From assembly GCA_039932995.1 (NCBI GenBank), contig JBDTOZ010000386.1, forward strand, positions 1 to 52,375: 52,375 nt of DNA. Direction: 5' to 3'. Each line of letters begins with the position of its first letter. The first letter of the stretch is position 1. Under the pieces are notes generated by a model, which was given only the letters and a program-made list of their open reading frames with translations, was not told the DNA's origin and made no database searches. Source of the DNA: Acidobacteriota bacterium. GTDB taxonomy: Bacteria; Acidobacteriota; Thermoanaerobaculia; Gp7-AA8. Below, in pieces: positions 10,548 through 21,600 of this stretch. The position numbers and the translations under genes were made by a program.

Positions 10548-13500
10548 TAAAGTCGGGTCTTTCCCAGATACTGGATGCTGCCGTCCTCGCGCCAGCGGGC
10601 CCGATCGGCTGTCCTGAACATTCGCAGGCCAGGCTCGAATGGATTCTCGACAAAGAAATCCTTCGTCAGTGCCGCACGATTCAGATACTCCGCGGCCACC
10701 GTCTCGCCCCCAACAAAGAGCTGGCCCGCAACGCCAATGGGTTGCGGTCGATTGGCTGGGTCGAGGATATAGACCCGCGCTGCGCGAACCGGCCAGCCAA
10801 TCAGCGCCAGAGACGACGCCTGTTCCGAACCGTCACACACTGTGACCGCACCGCCAGCTTCGACGGGACCATAAACACAATCAAGCGAAGCCTCGGGAAA
10901 CCTCGCACGCAAACGAAGGACGCTTTCCCGGTCCAGAGGATCCCCGTGCCAGAAGAGACTGCGCACCTTGCCGCCGTCACAAACGCCCTCTTCCTGCAAT
11001 GCGCGGAGAAGAGCCGATCCGAGCCACAACGTCGTTACGCCTGATTGATCGATGAAGTCGCCCAGCCGGCGTGCATCTTGTGACGGCGCCGCTTGTGCAA
11101 AGACCACCGTCGCGCCTGCCGCCATGGGCCAGAGAAGCTCCCAAAGAAAAGTGACCTGCCCTGAGGGGGAGTGGTGCAAGACGATGTCACCGGGCCCCAA
11201 GGGCCGCCGGGCCTGCATCCACGCGATGTGAGTTGCCACGACCCGCGCGCCGAGCCTGACACCGGCAGGCTTGCCCGCCACGCCGTGACTGAAGAGAATG
11301 AAACCGCCATCGTCGGCCTGGCCATCCGAACGCAATCCGGTGGCCTTGGTTTGGGGATCGGCAGCGTATTGCTCGATCTCGGCCCACTGCCTGTCCAATG
11401 AGATCAGTCGCGCCCCGCGGACCGCAAGAGCGGCCAACCTGTATTTGAACGTCTCCTGTGTGAGGACGATGGAAGCACCACTGTCCTGCAACATCGCCGC
11501 GAGTCTGGCGTCCGGTTCCCCGAGGTCCAGAGGGACACATGTGCCACCCGCGATGGCGGTACCCATGATTCCGATCATCATGTCCGAGGAGCGAGCCATC
11601 CCCAATGCGACGGTGCCTCCGCGCGCCAGTCCGGCGGACTGCAGAAACACAGCGAGCTCGCGGCTCCGACGATCGAGCTCTGCGTAGGACAACACCAGGT
11701 CCCCACAGTTCACCGCCGGCCGATCCGAGTGATTCGCGACCTGCCCGCCAAACATTTCGAGGAAATGACGCACCGTTGGCATCACCGCATGATCTTCGTT
11801 GTACTCGATCAGAACGCGGTGTCTCTCCGCCTCGCTCAGGAATTCCAGGTCGCAGATCTTCCCGGACGGCTTCGCAACGATGGCGCGGCAAAGGTTGGAG
11901 AAATGACCGGCGATGCGCGCGATGGTGGCCGATTCGTAGGTGAGGGGATTGTATTCAATGAACCCGGCCACGCCGTCGACCGTCTCCGCCACCCTCATCT
12001 CGATGTCGCGCCCCACCTCGCCGGTCCCCTCCTCCCGCCACCCCTGCCGGCTGAACATGATCGTGAGAAGGTTTTCACCACCAGTCCTGAGCAAATCCGC
12101 CACCCGCTCGAACGACACATCCTGATGCCCGATCGCGTCGGCCCATGTCGTCTTCACGCGTGCGTGAAATGCGGAGAACGTGTCCTCCGGCTCTACCCGA
12201 GTGCGAAGTGCCACAACGTGGCCGCTCGATGGGTCATCCTCGTTCGTGCTCGCCTCCAGCGAATCCCCGATCCTGCTTCCGATGAACAGATCGGTCTGAC
12301 CCGTATACCGGTACAGCAGCACCTTGAAGGCAGCCAGCAGGATCGTGAACAGCGTTCCGCCACGGAGCGCGGCCAGGCTCTCGAGGCCGGCGGACACTTG
12401 CGCATCGATCAGGAGCTCATATCTCGCTCGAGCGGAATTCCGCCGACTTGGCTCCGGGAAGTCCGACGGAATCATCAGAGCCGGCGGCACATCGGCCAGC
12501 TTCTCCCTCCAATACGAAAGTTGACGCTTCCGGACGACTTCCACCAACGCACGCTGGTCAACCTCGCCTGCGAAGTTTCTCGGAATCACTCCGACGCTGA
12601 TGAACGCCACCGGGATGATCGATTCCCGCAACGTCCGCCGCAGGTGCTCACGAAGCTCCGCCTCCGGCAGTGCGACAACGCGCTCGGGCTTCGTGCTCTT
12701 GCAACGATAAGCAGCGGTGAGCCTCTGGTGGGGCGCCCGTCCAAGCACGAGCACGGCGCTCTCCTGCACATCTGGATGGCGATTGAGGTGCGCTTCGATT
12801 TCCTGCAGATGGACATGAATGCCGTCGATCAGGATCTTTCTGTCCGTGCGGCCGGCATGCTGAATGCGACCGTCGCTTCTCCTGAGCACGCGCTCGCCCG
12901 TTCTGTACGTCCGCTCCGGCGAGTCCCCAAAGGCACTGAACTTCGCCGCGGTCCAGTCGGGACGGTTCCGATACCCGCGCGCCACACCAGCACCCGAAAC
13001 GTGTAACTCGCCCCGGACACCCGTCGGCTGAAGGTGGCCGTGCCGATCGGCGACCGAAAGGTGCATGCCCGTGAGCGGATCTCCCATCGACAGCGCGTCG
13101 CTTCCCGGTTTCACCAATGACGCGGATGCGACAGTGGCCGTCTCCGCCGCGCCGTACAAACTCCAAAGGGGGCCGCCAGTCTCCAGGAGCCGATGCGCGA
13201 GTCCTCGCGGCAGCGCTTCGCCGGCAGAGAGCATCGTCAGCTTGGGGTTGCCGGACCACCGTGCCGCGAGCAACCCACGCCAGGTCGAAGGTGTGGCCTG
13301 CAGCATCGTCGCCCCACAGGTCCTGAGCGTTTTCAGCAGAGCAACGGCGTCGTGGCGGAGATCTCGTGCGGACAAAACCAAACGGGCCCCGGCCGCCAAC
13401 GGAAGGAGCAGCTCCAGAACGGCTGCGTCGAGCGACGCGGGAGCCAGTGCCATGAACGTGTCGTTCCTGGTGATCCCTGTCTTGTCGCGCATCGAGCGCA

Positions 13501-15631
13501 GGAGGCTCACCAACGCGCGATGAGGGAGCTCCACGCCGAGGGGTTCGTCTTCAGGACCGGACGTGTAGAGAACATAGGCCAGGCCGCCCGGTGCCACCAG
13601 CGACTTCAACGCGACCCCTGCCGCCTGCAACGCGGTGGCCCGGCTCGCGATCTGCTCCGCGTCACCGTCGACCGCGACGAAGCAAATGCCGGAAGGCGCG
13701 CAGGCAACGAGTCTTTCGCGGAGCGGCTCCTCGGTCAGCACGACGGCTGAATCACTGTTGCGCAGAATGGCGGTCAGGCGCTCGTCCGGGTCGTCGGGAT
13801 CCAGCGGCAGACAGGCCCCTCCTGCCCGAAGGACGCCGAGAACACTGACCACCAGTTTCGCGGACCGCGTCATACAGAGAGCCACCGGCCGGTCCGGCCC
13901 GACACCTAGCGTTTGCAGGTAGAGCGCGAGCTGGCGGCTTTCGTCTTCGAGCTGCGCGTACGTCAGTTGCGTCTCGCCACAAACGACCGCCACGCTCTCG
14001 CCGCAGCGCGATGCCTGCTCGAGAAGCAACCCGTGCAGGCTCTGGTCAGCGTCGCCCTGCTCCGGATTTTCCATCCCGGCCGGCAACGGACGCTCCCCGT
14101 CGGGCAGCATCGGGTAGGTCTCCAGCGATCGCGTGGGGTCTGCGCGGATGGCGCTGAGCAACGCACAATAGTGCGAGAAGAGGCGCGCGATGGTCTCGGT
14201 GCTGTAGAGCTCCGGATCGTGTTTGATGTGGATGTTGAAGGATTCCCCTTCGCCCTCATAGACCTCTAGTCCGAGCTCGAAGTCGCCCTCCTGCCATACT
14301 CCGGCAACGCTCTCGAGTTGAAAGGTCTCTTGTTGAAGCATGGAGAGGAAGTCCGCGGGTCGAACGAAGTTCTGGTATGCATAAGAGATGCGGAGAAGTG
14401 GGCCATCATCGTTGCGCCGGGCATGCAGACCCTCGATCATCAAGGGAAAGGGGTAGCTGGAGTGATAGAGCGCGTCCAGCATCGTCCCCCGCACTTTCCG
14501 CAGGAAGGCCGGCAACTCGATCGACTCGCCGAATCGCGTGCAGATCGGAACGAGGTTGATGAAATAGCCGACTTCCGCCGAAAACTGACGCGACGGCCGG
14601 CCCATGACCGGCATTCCGACGACGATGTCATCCTGATCTGTATGGCGATGAAGCAACAGTTGGAACACGGCCAGGAAGATCACCGACGACGGCAACGACT
14701 GCGCCTTGCTGAACTCGCGGATCCATTGGCAAAGGTCTGCTGGCAGAGCCTCGACGAGTGTGTCGCCCGTGAAGCTCTCGGTCGATTTACGGCGACCATC
14801 GGGCGGAAGCTCTGTGCCCGGTCGATGGCCCTCGAGTTGCCGCTGCCAATAGCGAGCATGCGCGCCGCCCTCCGCCGAGGCGAGCATCGCTTCCTCCCAG
14901 GCAACGAATTCCCGATAGTTGCCCCGCGGTGGCTGTGGCCCTGTGGTGCGGCCCTTGGCCAATTGTAGGTAACGCTCGATGAGGGCCTTCAGAGTGATCA
15001 CCGCCGAGGCCCCGTCAAAGACGATGTGGTGGACTGTGAGCAAGAGCACGGGTTTCTGGCCGGGAGGCACAAACAGTTCGATGCGCGTGAGTGGGCCGCT
15101 ACTCAAATCGAAGGGCCGCTTGACGCGCTCCCGCAGCGCGGCCACCAGTTGCTCGTCGCTCGTGAAGTCGACGGCGTACTGCTGGAGGCTCGTCCGGCAA
15201 CGCTCGTCCGGACGCTGCACCAAATCGGCGCCCTCTTCGAAGATCCGCGCCGTCAGGATGGGATACTCATCCAGCACCTGACCCCACGCCTTGTCCAGCA
15301 GTGCGGGCTCAATTCCGGCACTGATCCGGAAACAGAGGGGCACGTTGTAGGCGCTCATTCGCGGGTATCGCCGCTGCAGGAGATACAACCCCTTCTGTCC
15401 CGAAGACAGGGGGAATCCGCGGGGTTGCTGCTCGCCTCCCGCGGCAGGAGACCTCTTCGCTTCCATGCGCGCCAGGAGAGCGAGGAGCTCCGGCTTGAAC
15501 CGAAGGATCCCGTCCTTGAGATCCGTCGTGAGCGCTCCGCTCCGTGCGTGGCACTGGATCCGTCCTTCCTGTGCGGAAAGCTTGACGCCCCGGTTGGCCA
15601 GCTCGTCGAGGAACTCTGTCACTGTTTCCAT
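10547..15631 (-). CDS. NRPS-like protein: docking domain-C (intact)-degenerate A-half C-degenerate truncated A; no PCP
   Basis: ORF 10547..15673, likely start METVTEFL at 15631. C motif HHIVFDG. A3 reads YTSGPEDEPLG and A10 reads AGEVDQRAL (catalytic Lys replaced). No GxxS PCP motif seen. Second A3 reads FSHGVAGKPAG and the protein ends at A8 (DGSIQYLGKTRL*). Confidence 0.9.
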   Translation of the reverse strand: METVTEFLDELANRGVKLSAQEGRIQCHARSGALTTDLKDGILRFKPELLALLARMEAKRSPAAGGEQQPRGFPLSSGQKGLYLLQRRYPRMSAYNVPLCFRISAGIEPALLDKAWGQVLDEYPILTARIFEEGADLVQRPDERCRTSLQQYAVDFTSDEQLVAALRERVKRPFDLSSGPLTRIELFVPPGQKPVLLLTVHHIVFDGASAVITLKALIERYLQLAKGRTTGPQPPRGNYREFVAWEEAMLASAEGGAHARYWQRQLEGHRPGTELPPDGRRKSTESFTGDTLVEALPADLCQWIREFSKAQSLPSSVIFLAVFQLLLHRHTDQDDIVVGMPVMGRPSRQFSAEVGYFINLVPICTRFGESIELPAFLRKVRGTMLDALYHSSYPFPLMIEGLHARRNDDGPLLRISYAYQNFVRPADFLSMLQQETFQLESVAGVWQEGDFELGLEVYEGEGESFNIHIKHDPELYSTETIARLFSHYCALLSAIRADPTRSLETYPMLPDGERPLPAGMENPEQGDADQSLHGLLLEQASRCGESVAVVCGETQLTYAQLEDESRQLALYLQTLGVGPDRPVALCMTRSAKLVVSVLGVLRAGGACLPLDPDDPDERLTAILRNSDSAVVLTEEPLRERLVACAPSGICFVAVDGDAEQIASRATALQAAGVALKSLVAPGGLAYVLYTSGPEDEPLGVELPHRALVSLLRSMRDKTGITRNDTFMALAPASLDAAVLELLLPLAAGARLVLSARDLRHDAVALLKTLRTCGATMLQATPSTWRGLLAARWSGNPKLTMLSAGEALPRGLAHRLLETGGPLWSLYGAAETATVASASLVKPGSDALSMGDPLTGMHLSVADRHGHLQPTGVRGELHVSGAGVARGYRNRPDWTAAKFSAFGDSPERTYRTGERVLRRSDGRIQHAGRTDRKILIDGIHVHLQEIEAHLNRHPDVQESAVLVLGRAPHQRLTAAYRCKSTKPERVVALPEAELREHLRRTLRESIIPVAFISVGVIPRNFAGEVDQRALVEVVRKRQLSYWREKLADVPPALMIPSDFPEPSRRNSARARYELLIDAQVSAGLESLAALRGGTLFTILLAAFKVLLYRYTGQTDLFIGSRIGDSLEASTNEDDPSSGHVVALRTRVEPEDTFSAFHARVKTTWADAIGHQDVSFERVADLLRTGGENLLTIMFSRQGWREEGTGEVGRDIEMRVAETVDGVAGFIEYNPLTYESATIARIAGHFSNLCRAIVAKPSGKICDLEFLSEAERHRVLIEYNEDHAVMPTVRHFLEMFGGQVANHSDRPAVNCGDLVLSYAELDRRSRELAVFLQSAGLARGGTVALGMARSSDMMIGIMGTAIAGGTCVPLDLGEPDARLAAMLQDSGASIVLTQETFKYRLAALAVRGARLISLDRQWAEIEQYAADPQTKATGLRSDGQADDGGFILFSHGVAGKPAGVRLGARVVATHIAWMQARRPLGPGDIVLHHSPSGQVTFLWELLWPMAAGATVVFAQAAPSQDARRLGDFIDQSGVTTLWLGSALLRALQEEGVCDGGKVRSLFWHGDPLDRESVLRLRARFPEASLDCVYGPVEAGGAVTVCDGSEQASSLALIGWPVRAARVYILDPANRPQPIGVAGQLFVGGETVAAEYLNRAALTKDFFVENPFEPGLRMFRTADRARWREDGSIQYLGKTRL

Positions 15632-15681
15632 GGAGTGATGTCTGCAGCTCGAAAACGACCGCGCTTCTCGCAAGTTGAAAT

Positions 15682-18600
15682 TCAGAACGTCACGATCTCG
15701 TAGCCGTCATCGGGCGTGACGTCGGCCTGCCACAGCACTCGCTCCAGTACCTGGTCGCGATCCATCCCCGCCTGCGCGGCCGAGACGTCGGCATGCTCCG
15801 GTGACCGGACCTCTTTGTCTGCGAGGACATCGTCCTTCGGGCGCAGCGGCGCCGGTTTGGCGGGATGGAGCGGTCGCGATTGCTCTAACGGTGACGCTTC
15901 GCCGGCGATTCGGATCACATGGAGGACATCGATCTTGGCCGGATATGTCTTTGCGAGATAGGTGGCCAGGCTCTTGATGTCTGTGTAGTCGAAGAGCGCA
16001 CTCGGCGACAACTCCTCCTCCAGAAGCTGATTGAGGTTCCGGATGAGGTGCGCAATGGACAATGACGGAAGCCCCAGATCGAAGTAGCTCCGATCCAGGG
16101 GAACGCTCTCGATCGGCACTTGCAGTTGGACCGCGGTGGCCTGCTTCAGGAAGAGCTCCATCTTCTCCGCGGCGCCCATCGATCCATTGCGCGAGACCAC
16201 TGCACTCCCGGCCGCGATCTCTTTGGAGAAGAGCCAGCGAGGCTGAACTTCTTCCGTCGTGGCCGCCACTTCCCGATCGAAGTCGATTCCTTGCAGGGCG
16301 AGGGGCCTGGCACCGAATTCCGGCCGGGCCGGGGCTCCGGTCACCCAATAGCGCTCGCGCGCAAAAGGATACGTGGGCAATGGCACCCGTTTGGACTCCG
16401 TGGAGAACAGAGCCTGGAGGTCGATGGAATAGCCTTGGACAAAGAGTCCGGCGAGGGCATCGAGGCTCTCTACATACGCGGCGTCGTCCGTCGCGCTCCG
16501 GCACTCGTCGACGCAGTAATTTCCGAACTTTCTGAGGGCGGGCTGCTCCCGAACGCCACCCTCGGGGACCTCACCCGTGTGGACTTGCCGCGCCTCTCCG
16601 GTCTCGAGCCACCGCTCGAGAGCTTCGACCGCCTCCGGCAGACTGCCGGTCACACAAGCGAGTCGATGAGAGAGATGCATGCGGCCGACGAAGAGTGTGA
16701 AGCTCACATCGCTCAGAGCGAGATCCGGCGTGCCGCGGAGATGCTCCAGCAGGTTGCGGGCGTGCTCTCGCAGTTGCTCGCCACTCCGTGCGGAGAGCAG
16801 CAACAGTGAGGCCGGCACGTCCACGCCGGCACGCGTCTGGGAGGGGGCTTCTTCGATCACCAGGTGGGCGTTCGTACCACCGAAGCCGAATGAGCTCACG
16901 GCGCCCCGCCGCGCCCGATCCTCTCCCTGGGGCCAGTCTTTCAGCTCCGTATTGACGTAGAACGGTCCACTCCCGAGGTCGATGCCGGGACTGGGGCTCT
17001 GGAAATGGAGGGACGGCGGAATCTGACCGTGCTTCAGCGAGAGCAGGAGCTTGAGGAGGCTGGCGATCCCGGCCGCATTCCCCGCATGGCCGATATTGGT
17101 CTTCACTGAGCCGAGAGCGCAGAACTGCTGCCTTTCGGTATAGGCGCGAAACGCACGGGTCATTGCTCCATGCTCGATCGAATCGCCCAGGAGCGTACCG
17201 GTCCCGTGAGCTTCGAACATCTGAATGGTTCCGGGATCGATCGTGAACCGTTCATACACGGAGCGCTCCAACCGCTCCTGTGCACGTCCATTAGGTGCGG
17301 TCAGCCCATTGGATCGTCCGTCCTGATTGACGCCGCTGCCTGCAATCACTCCGTAAATGTGATCCCCGTCCCGCTGGGCGTCGCTCAAGCGTTTCAACAC
17401 CACCACGCCCACCGCTTCGCCCGGGACGAAACCGTTGGCGCGCGCGTCGAAGCTGTAGCATTTCCCATCGGGAGAGAGCATGCCTGCCCGGTTGCCGACC
17501 TGGTGAAACCCGGACGTGGCCTGGACATAGACACCGCCGGCCAGCGCCATCTCCGTCTCTCCGCACCACAATCCCTGACAGGCGAGATGCACAGCCACGA
17601 GTCCGCTCGAGCAGGCGGTATCGACGGCAACGGCCGGCCCCTGGAGATCGAGATGGTAGGCGATCCGCGAAGGAACGATCGAGTGCGAATTCCCCCACCA
17701 GGCCTGCGCTGGCGGATCATCTCCGAAGAGGTCCGAGTAATTGGAGGTTCCGCAGCCGACATAGACGCCACACTGCTTTTCCTGAACGCCTTTTCCGGCG
17801 TAGCCCGCATCTTCCAACGCCTTCCACGACTCTTCGAGGAACAGCCGTTGCTGCGGATCCATGTACAGGGCTTCACGCGCGGGGATGCCGAAGAACCCGG
17901 GATCGAAGCGATCGAAGGTGTCGATCGAGCTGGCCTGACTGCAATACGCGTGGCCATTCGAGCCCGACGCCGAGCAATCCGCGGCGCTCCACCGCGAGAC
18001 TTCCCGCACCAGGTTCGAGCCTTGCGCGAGGTGCTGCCAGAACTCCTCCAGCGTTTCCGATTGAGCGAAACGCCCGCTCATCCCGATGATGGCGATGCGC
18101 TCGGCACGGACCTCTCGGGCGCTGCCGCTCTGGCCCTCGACACGGGTCTGGTCCTTTTCGCCGACTTCATCGACTCGTAGAAACCGACGCGCCCCACTCA
18201 CCGGAATCCGATTCGGACTGGCGTCGCCGGAAGGGGTTCGCACCTCTACTGGCGTCGTCGCGGAGGGCTGCGACTCTGTCATGCCGGGCGAGAGAGTGGT
18301 GATGTATTGCGTGAGCTGATCGACCGTGCTGTATTCGAAGAGCTTCGTCGGGTCCAGCTCGATGAGCAGCACTTCGTTGAGCGTGCGCACGAAATTGACG
18401 CCAATGATGGAGTCGAGACCGTAATCGGCGAGCGGCGCATCTCCGCGAATCATGCCCGCATCCAGCCGGAGCGCCCGGGATAACTGCGTCACGATCACCT
18501 GTTGGATTTGACTGCTTCCCATCTGCACCGTCCGCTGCGCCGAAAAGCCGGCGTCCCTTGCACTGTCTCGTGTCACGGCCGGAGCCGTATTCTTGATTTC

Positions 18601-21600
18601 GACCGCGGGGCTCGCCGGCGCCGCGGCAGAAATCTGCCTCGACAGATGGCGCGTGATGGCCTCCGTCAGACTGGCGCCGACCGGAGCCTCGGCATTGAGC
18701 GTCTTGATCAGCGTCATCTGCTCGACATCCGATCGCATGAACCCCTGCAGCGCCGCCATCCCCTCGTCCGGCGTGATCAGGCCCATTCCGAGCCGGGCCA
18801 TGATCTTGTGATGCGACGGGTCGGCCGCGACACCGACCGTGCCCCAATAGCCCCAGTTCATGATTTTGACGGGGTACGCGCGCTCCTGCTGCAGTCTCTG
18901 CGCGAAGCTGTCCTTGAACGCGCAACCCGCCGCATAGTTCGACTGCCCGGGCGACCGGAAGAACGAGATGATCGAGGAGAAGAACAGCATGAAATCCAAT
19001 GCGTCTCCACCGAATACACGATCGATCTGCACACTCACATCGACCTTCGCCGTCAGGCCCGCTCGGAAACTCTCCTCGTCCATGCGCAGGAGGCTCTGAT
19101 CCCTCAGCACAATGGCGGAATGCACCACTCCATGGATGGCAGGATGCTTTTCCAGGATGGTCACGCGGGCCCGCTCCAGTGCGGCATGGTCCGTCGCATC
19201 AGCCGCGATGTAGAGGGGCGCCGGCCCGAGGAGACCCAGCTCTTTGATTTTGTCTTCGATCGACGCATCGCACTCACGGCGGCCGATCCAGATCAGGTTC
19301 GCGCCGTAATGCTCGATCATGAACCGGCTCCAGACCTCGCCGACCCCTCCCGCACCACCGACGACGACATAGACGCCGCCTTTTCGGTAGAGAGAAGTGC
19401 CCTCCTTGGGCGCGGGCAGGAGCTCCAATCCCTGCTGGAACCATTGGCCCTGACGATGGGCCCGCACGTTGCCCAACTCGTCCCACGGCTGCGAGAGGCA
19501 GCCGGACGCCGTCACGGCCTGGAGTGAATCGAGGTCGAGAACCCGCACATCCCAGTGCGGATACTCCTTGGCCAGACTACCCACCAGCCCGACGATCCCG
19601 GCGTGTGCAGGCTCAATGGTGTCCTCGGCTGTGACGCGCTGTGTCCTTCCGGTCAGGAGAGTCCATTGCAGTTTCTTGTTCCCATGACCGCGGTCCAGCA
19701 GGGTCTTGACGATTCTGAAAACCTGAAGAATCCCTTCTTCCTGCAGCGCGAGAATCGGTTCAGATCCTTCAACGCCATGCCCGGTCATTGGATCGAGGTC
19801 GGGAGCGATCCACAGTAGTTGATCGAAAGAGTCATGGGAGAGCATGTCGCCGTCGAGTGCCTCACTCGCCATCTGCGCGACGTCGCAGGGCCGTGCGTTT
19901 GGATACGACTGCCGGACCCACTCCAGCGCCGCGCCACGACTATCCAGCAGCACGATCCGGCTGGACATCGGAAGGGTGTCGCCGTTCACGTCTGCAGCCG
20001 GGCTCCAGGTGGAGCGTAGTGAGTGCAGGGTGGCGTTCGCCGCCAGGGATGGAGTATCGCTCGACCCCGGCACTGCTCTCTCCTGAATGCGCCGTGCCGG
20101 CAATGGCTTGGCGACAAAGTCCCTCACCCGCAGCAGGATCTCGCCGGCCGCGTCGAGGAGATGAAGCTGCATTCTGACTGCGCTCCCCGCCTTGTTCACC
20201 TCGACCGGATCCCAGGACGCATGCGCATACCGCGCGCCCTGTAATGAACGGAATACCTGGATCTCCGCCGCGGAGTACGGAACGCTCCAGGGCCGGTCGT
20301 CGCCGCTCCGGCGTTTCACGAAGCCGATGGCCGTGTGCAGAGCGCCATCGAGCAAGGAAGGATGCAGCCAGTAATGACCCGCGTCTTCCTGAAGATGCTC
20401 GGGAAGATGCAATACGGCCAAACACTCGCTTTCGCCTGCGTCAACCCGCTGGACGACCTGGAAACCAGGACCGAGATTCAGTTCGGACGTGGAAAGGAAT
20501 CGGTACCAGTCCGCGCCGTCGATCATTTCCGTCGCGCAACGTTCTCGGATCTCGGCCAGATTCAGGGCATTCGGCGGAGACAAGGTCCCGAGATAGGCCA
20601 GTTGGCCGCGACAATGAGTGACCGCGCTCTCTCCTTCGCCGCTCTTGACCGCGAACTCGACCCCATTGCGGGCGGGAAGCAGCGAGACCTCGACGTCCTG
20701 TCCGCTCTTGCCCACGGTAATCGGCGACAGCCAGACCATGTTGCTGAGGAACCGGACCTTCCGCTCGCCGGCCAGCTCACCGGCCGCGGCGGCCATCTCG
20801 ATATAGGCAACGGCCGGCAGAACCGGCTCCGTCTTCACGCGATGGTCCGCCAGGAAGAATTCAGCTCCCGTGAACCGCGACGTGAACTTCTGCTCGATCA
20901 GTGTCGAGACGTTGCGGTGAATCAAAGGATGCAGGCGGACTTCCGTCGCCGCGCTTTGCGGACGCCGGGTTTCAGACTGTGTTTCCGCTCCCGCCGGAAT
21001 CCAGTAGCGCTCCCTGGCAAAGGGATAGGTCGGGGCCGAGAGACGCCGGCGAGCTCCGGCTTGGTGGAGGAGACGCCAGTCGATCTTCGTCCCCGCAACC
21101 CATGACTCGGCCAATCCGGCAAGGTCTCTCCGAGAGATGAGGTCCTGCACGAAGGCGGTCTTCTCCGCGTCCGTCCCCTGTACCGCGCTTCGGACTTCGC
21201 GGCCATTGCGGTAGCCGTCTCGCGGCCATTCTTCGCTAACGACGATCGCCGAGAGTTTCTGCTTCAATTCTTCCAGGCTCGAGACCAGCCAGGCCGCTCG
21301 GGCCTGCATCTCGTCTCTGCCTACCTGCAGCGTGTAAGCAAGGTCGGCCAGTTCCACTGACCCGCGTTCCAGATACTCGGACAGCGAGCGAACATACGCG
21401 CGGAGGCGCTCCTCATTCTTCGCGGACAGGACGATCAATTGGAGCTCGTTCGCGACGACGGCCGCCGGGCGGCTTGCCGGAATGTACTCCTCCAGCACCA
21501 CGTGAGCATTCGCCCCACCAAATCCAAAGGAGCTCACACCCGCCCTGCGTGGAGCAAGCGACCCGTCCTCGCTCACCGGAGCTTTCCACTCCGTCAGGCG

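Noticed and set aside
10547-15631. Calling the NRPS-like gene a pseudogene
   Set aside because: The frame is uninterrupted for ~1700 codons, the docking and C domains are intact, and the downstream NRPS lacks a first C domain.
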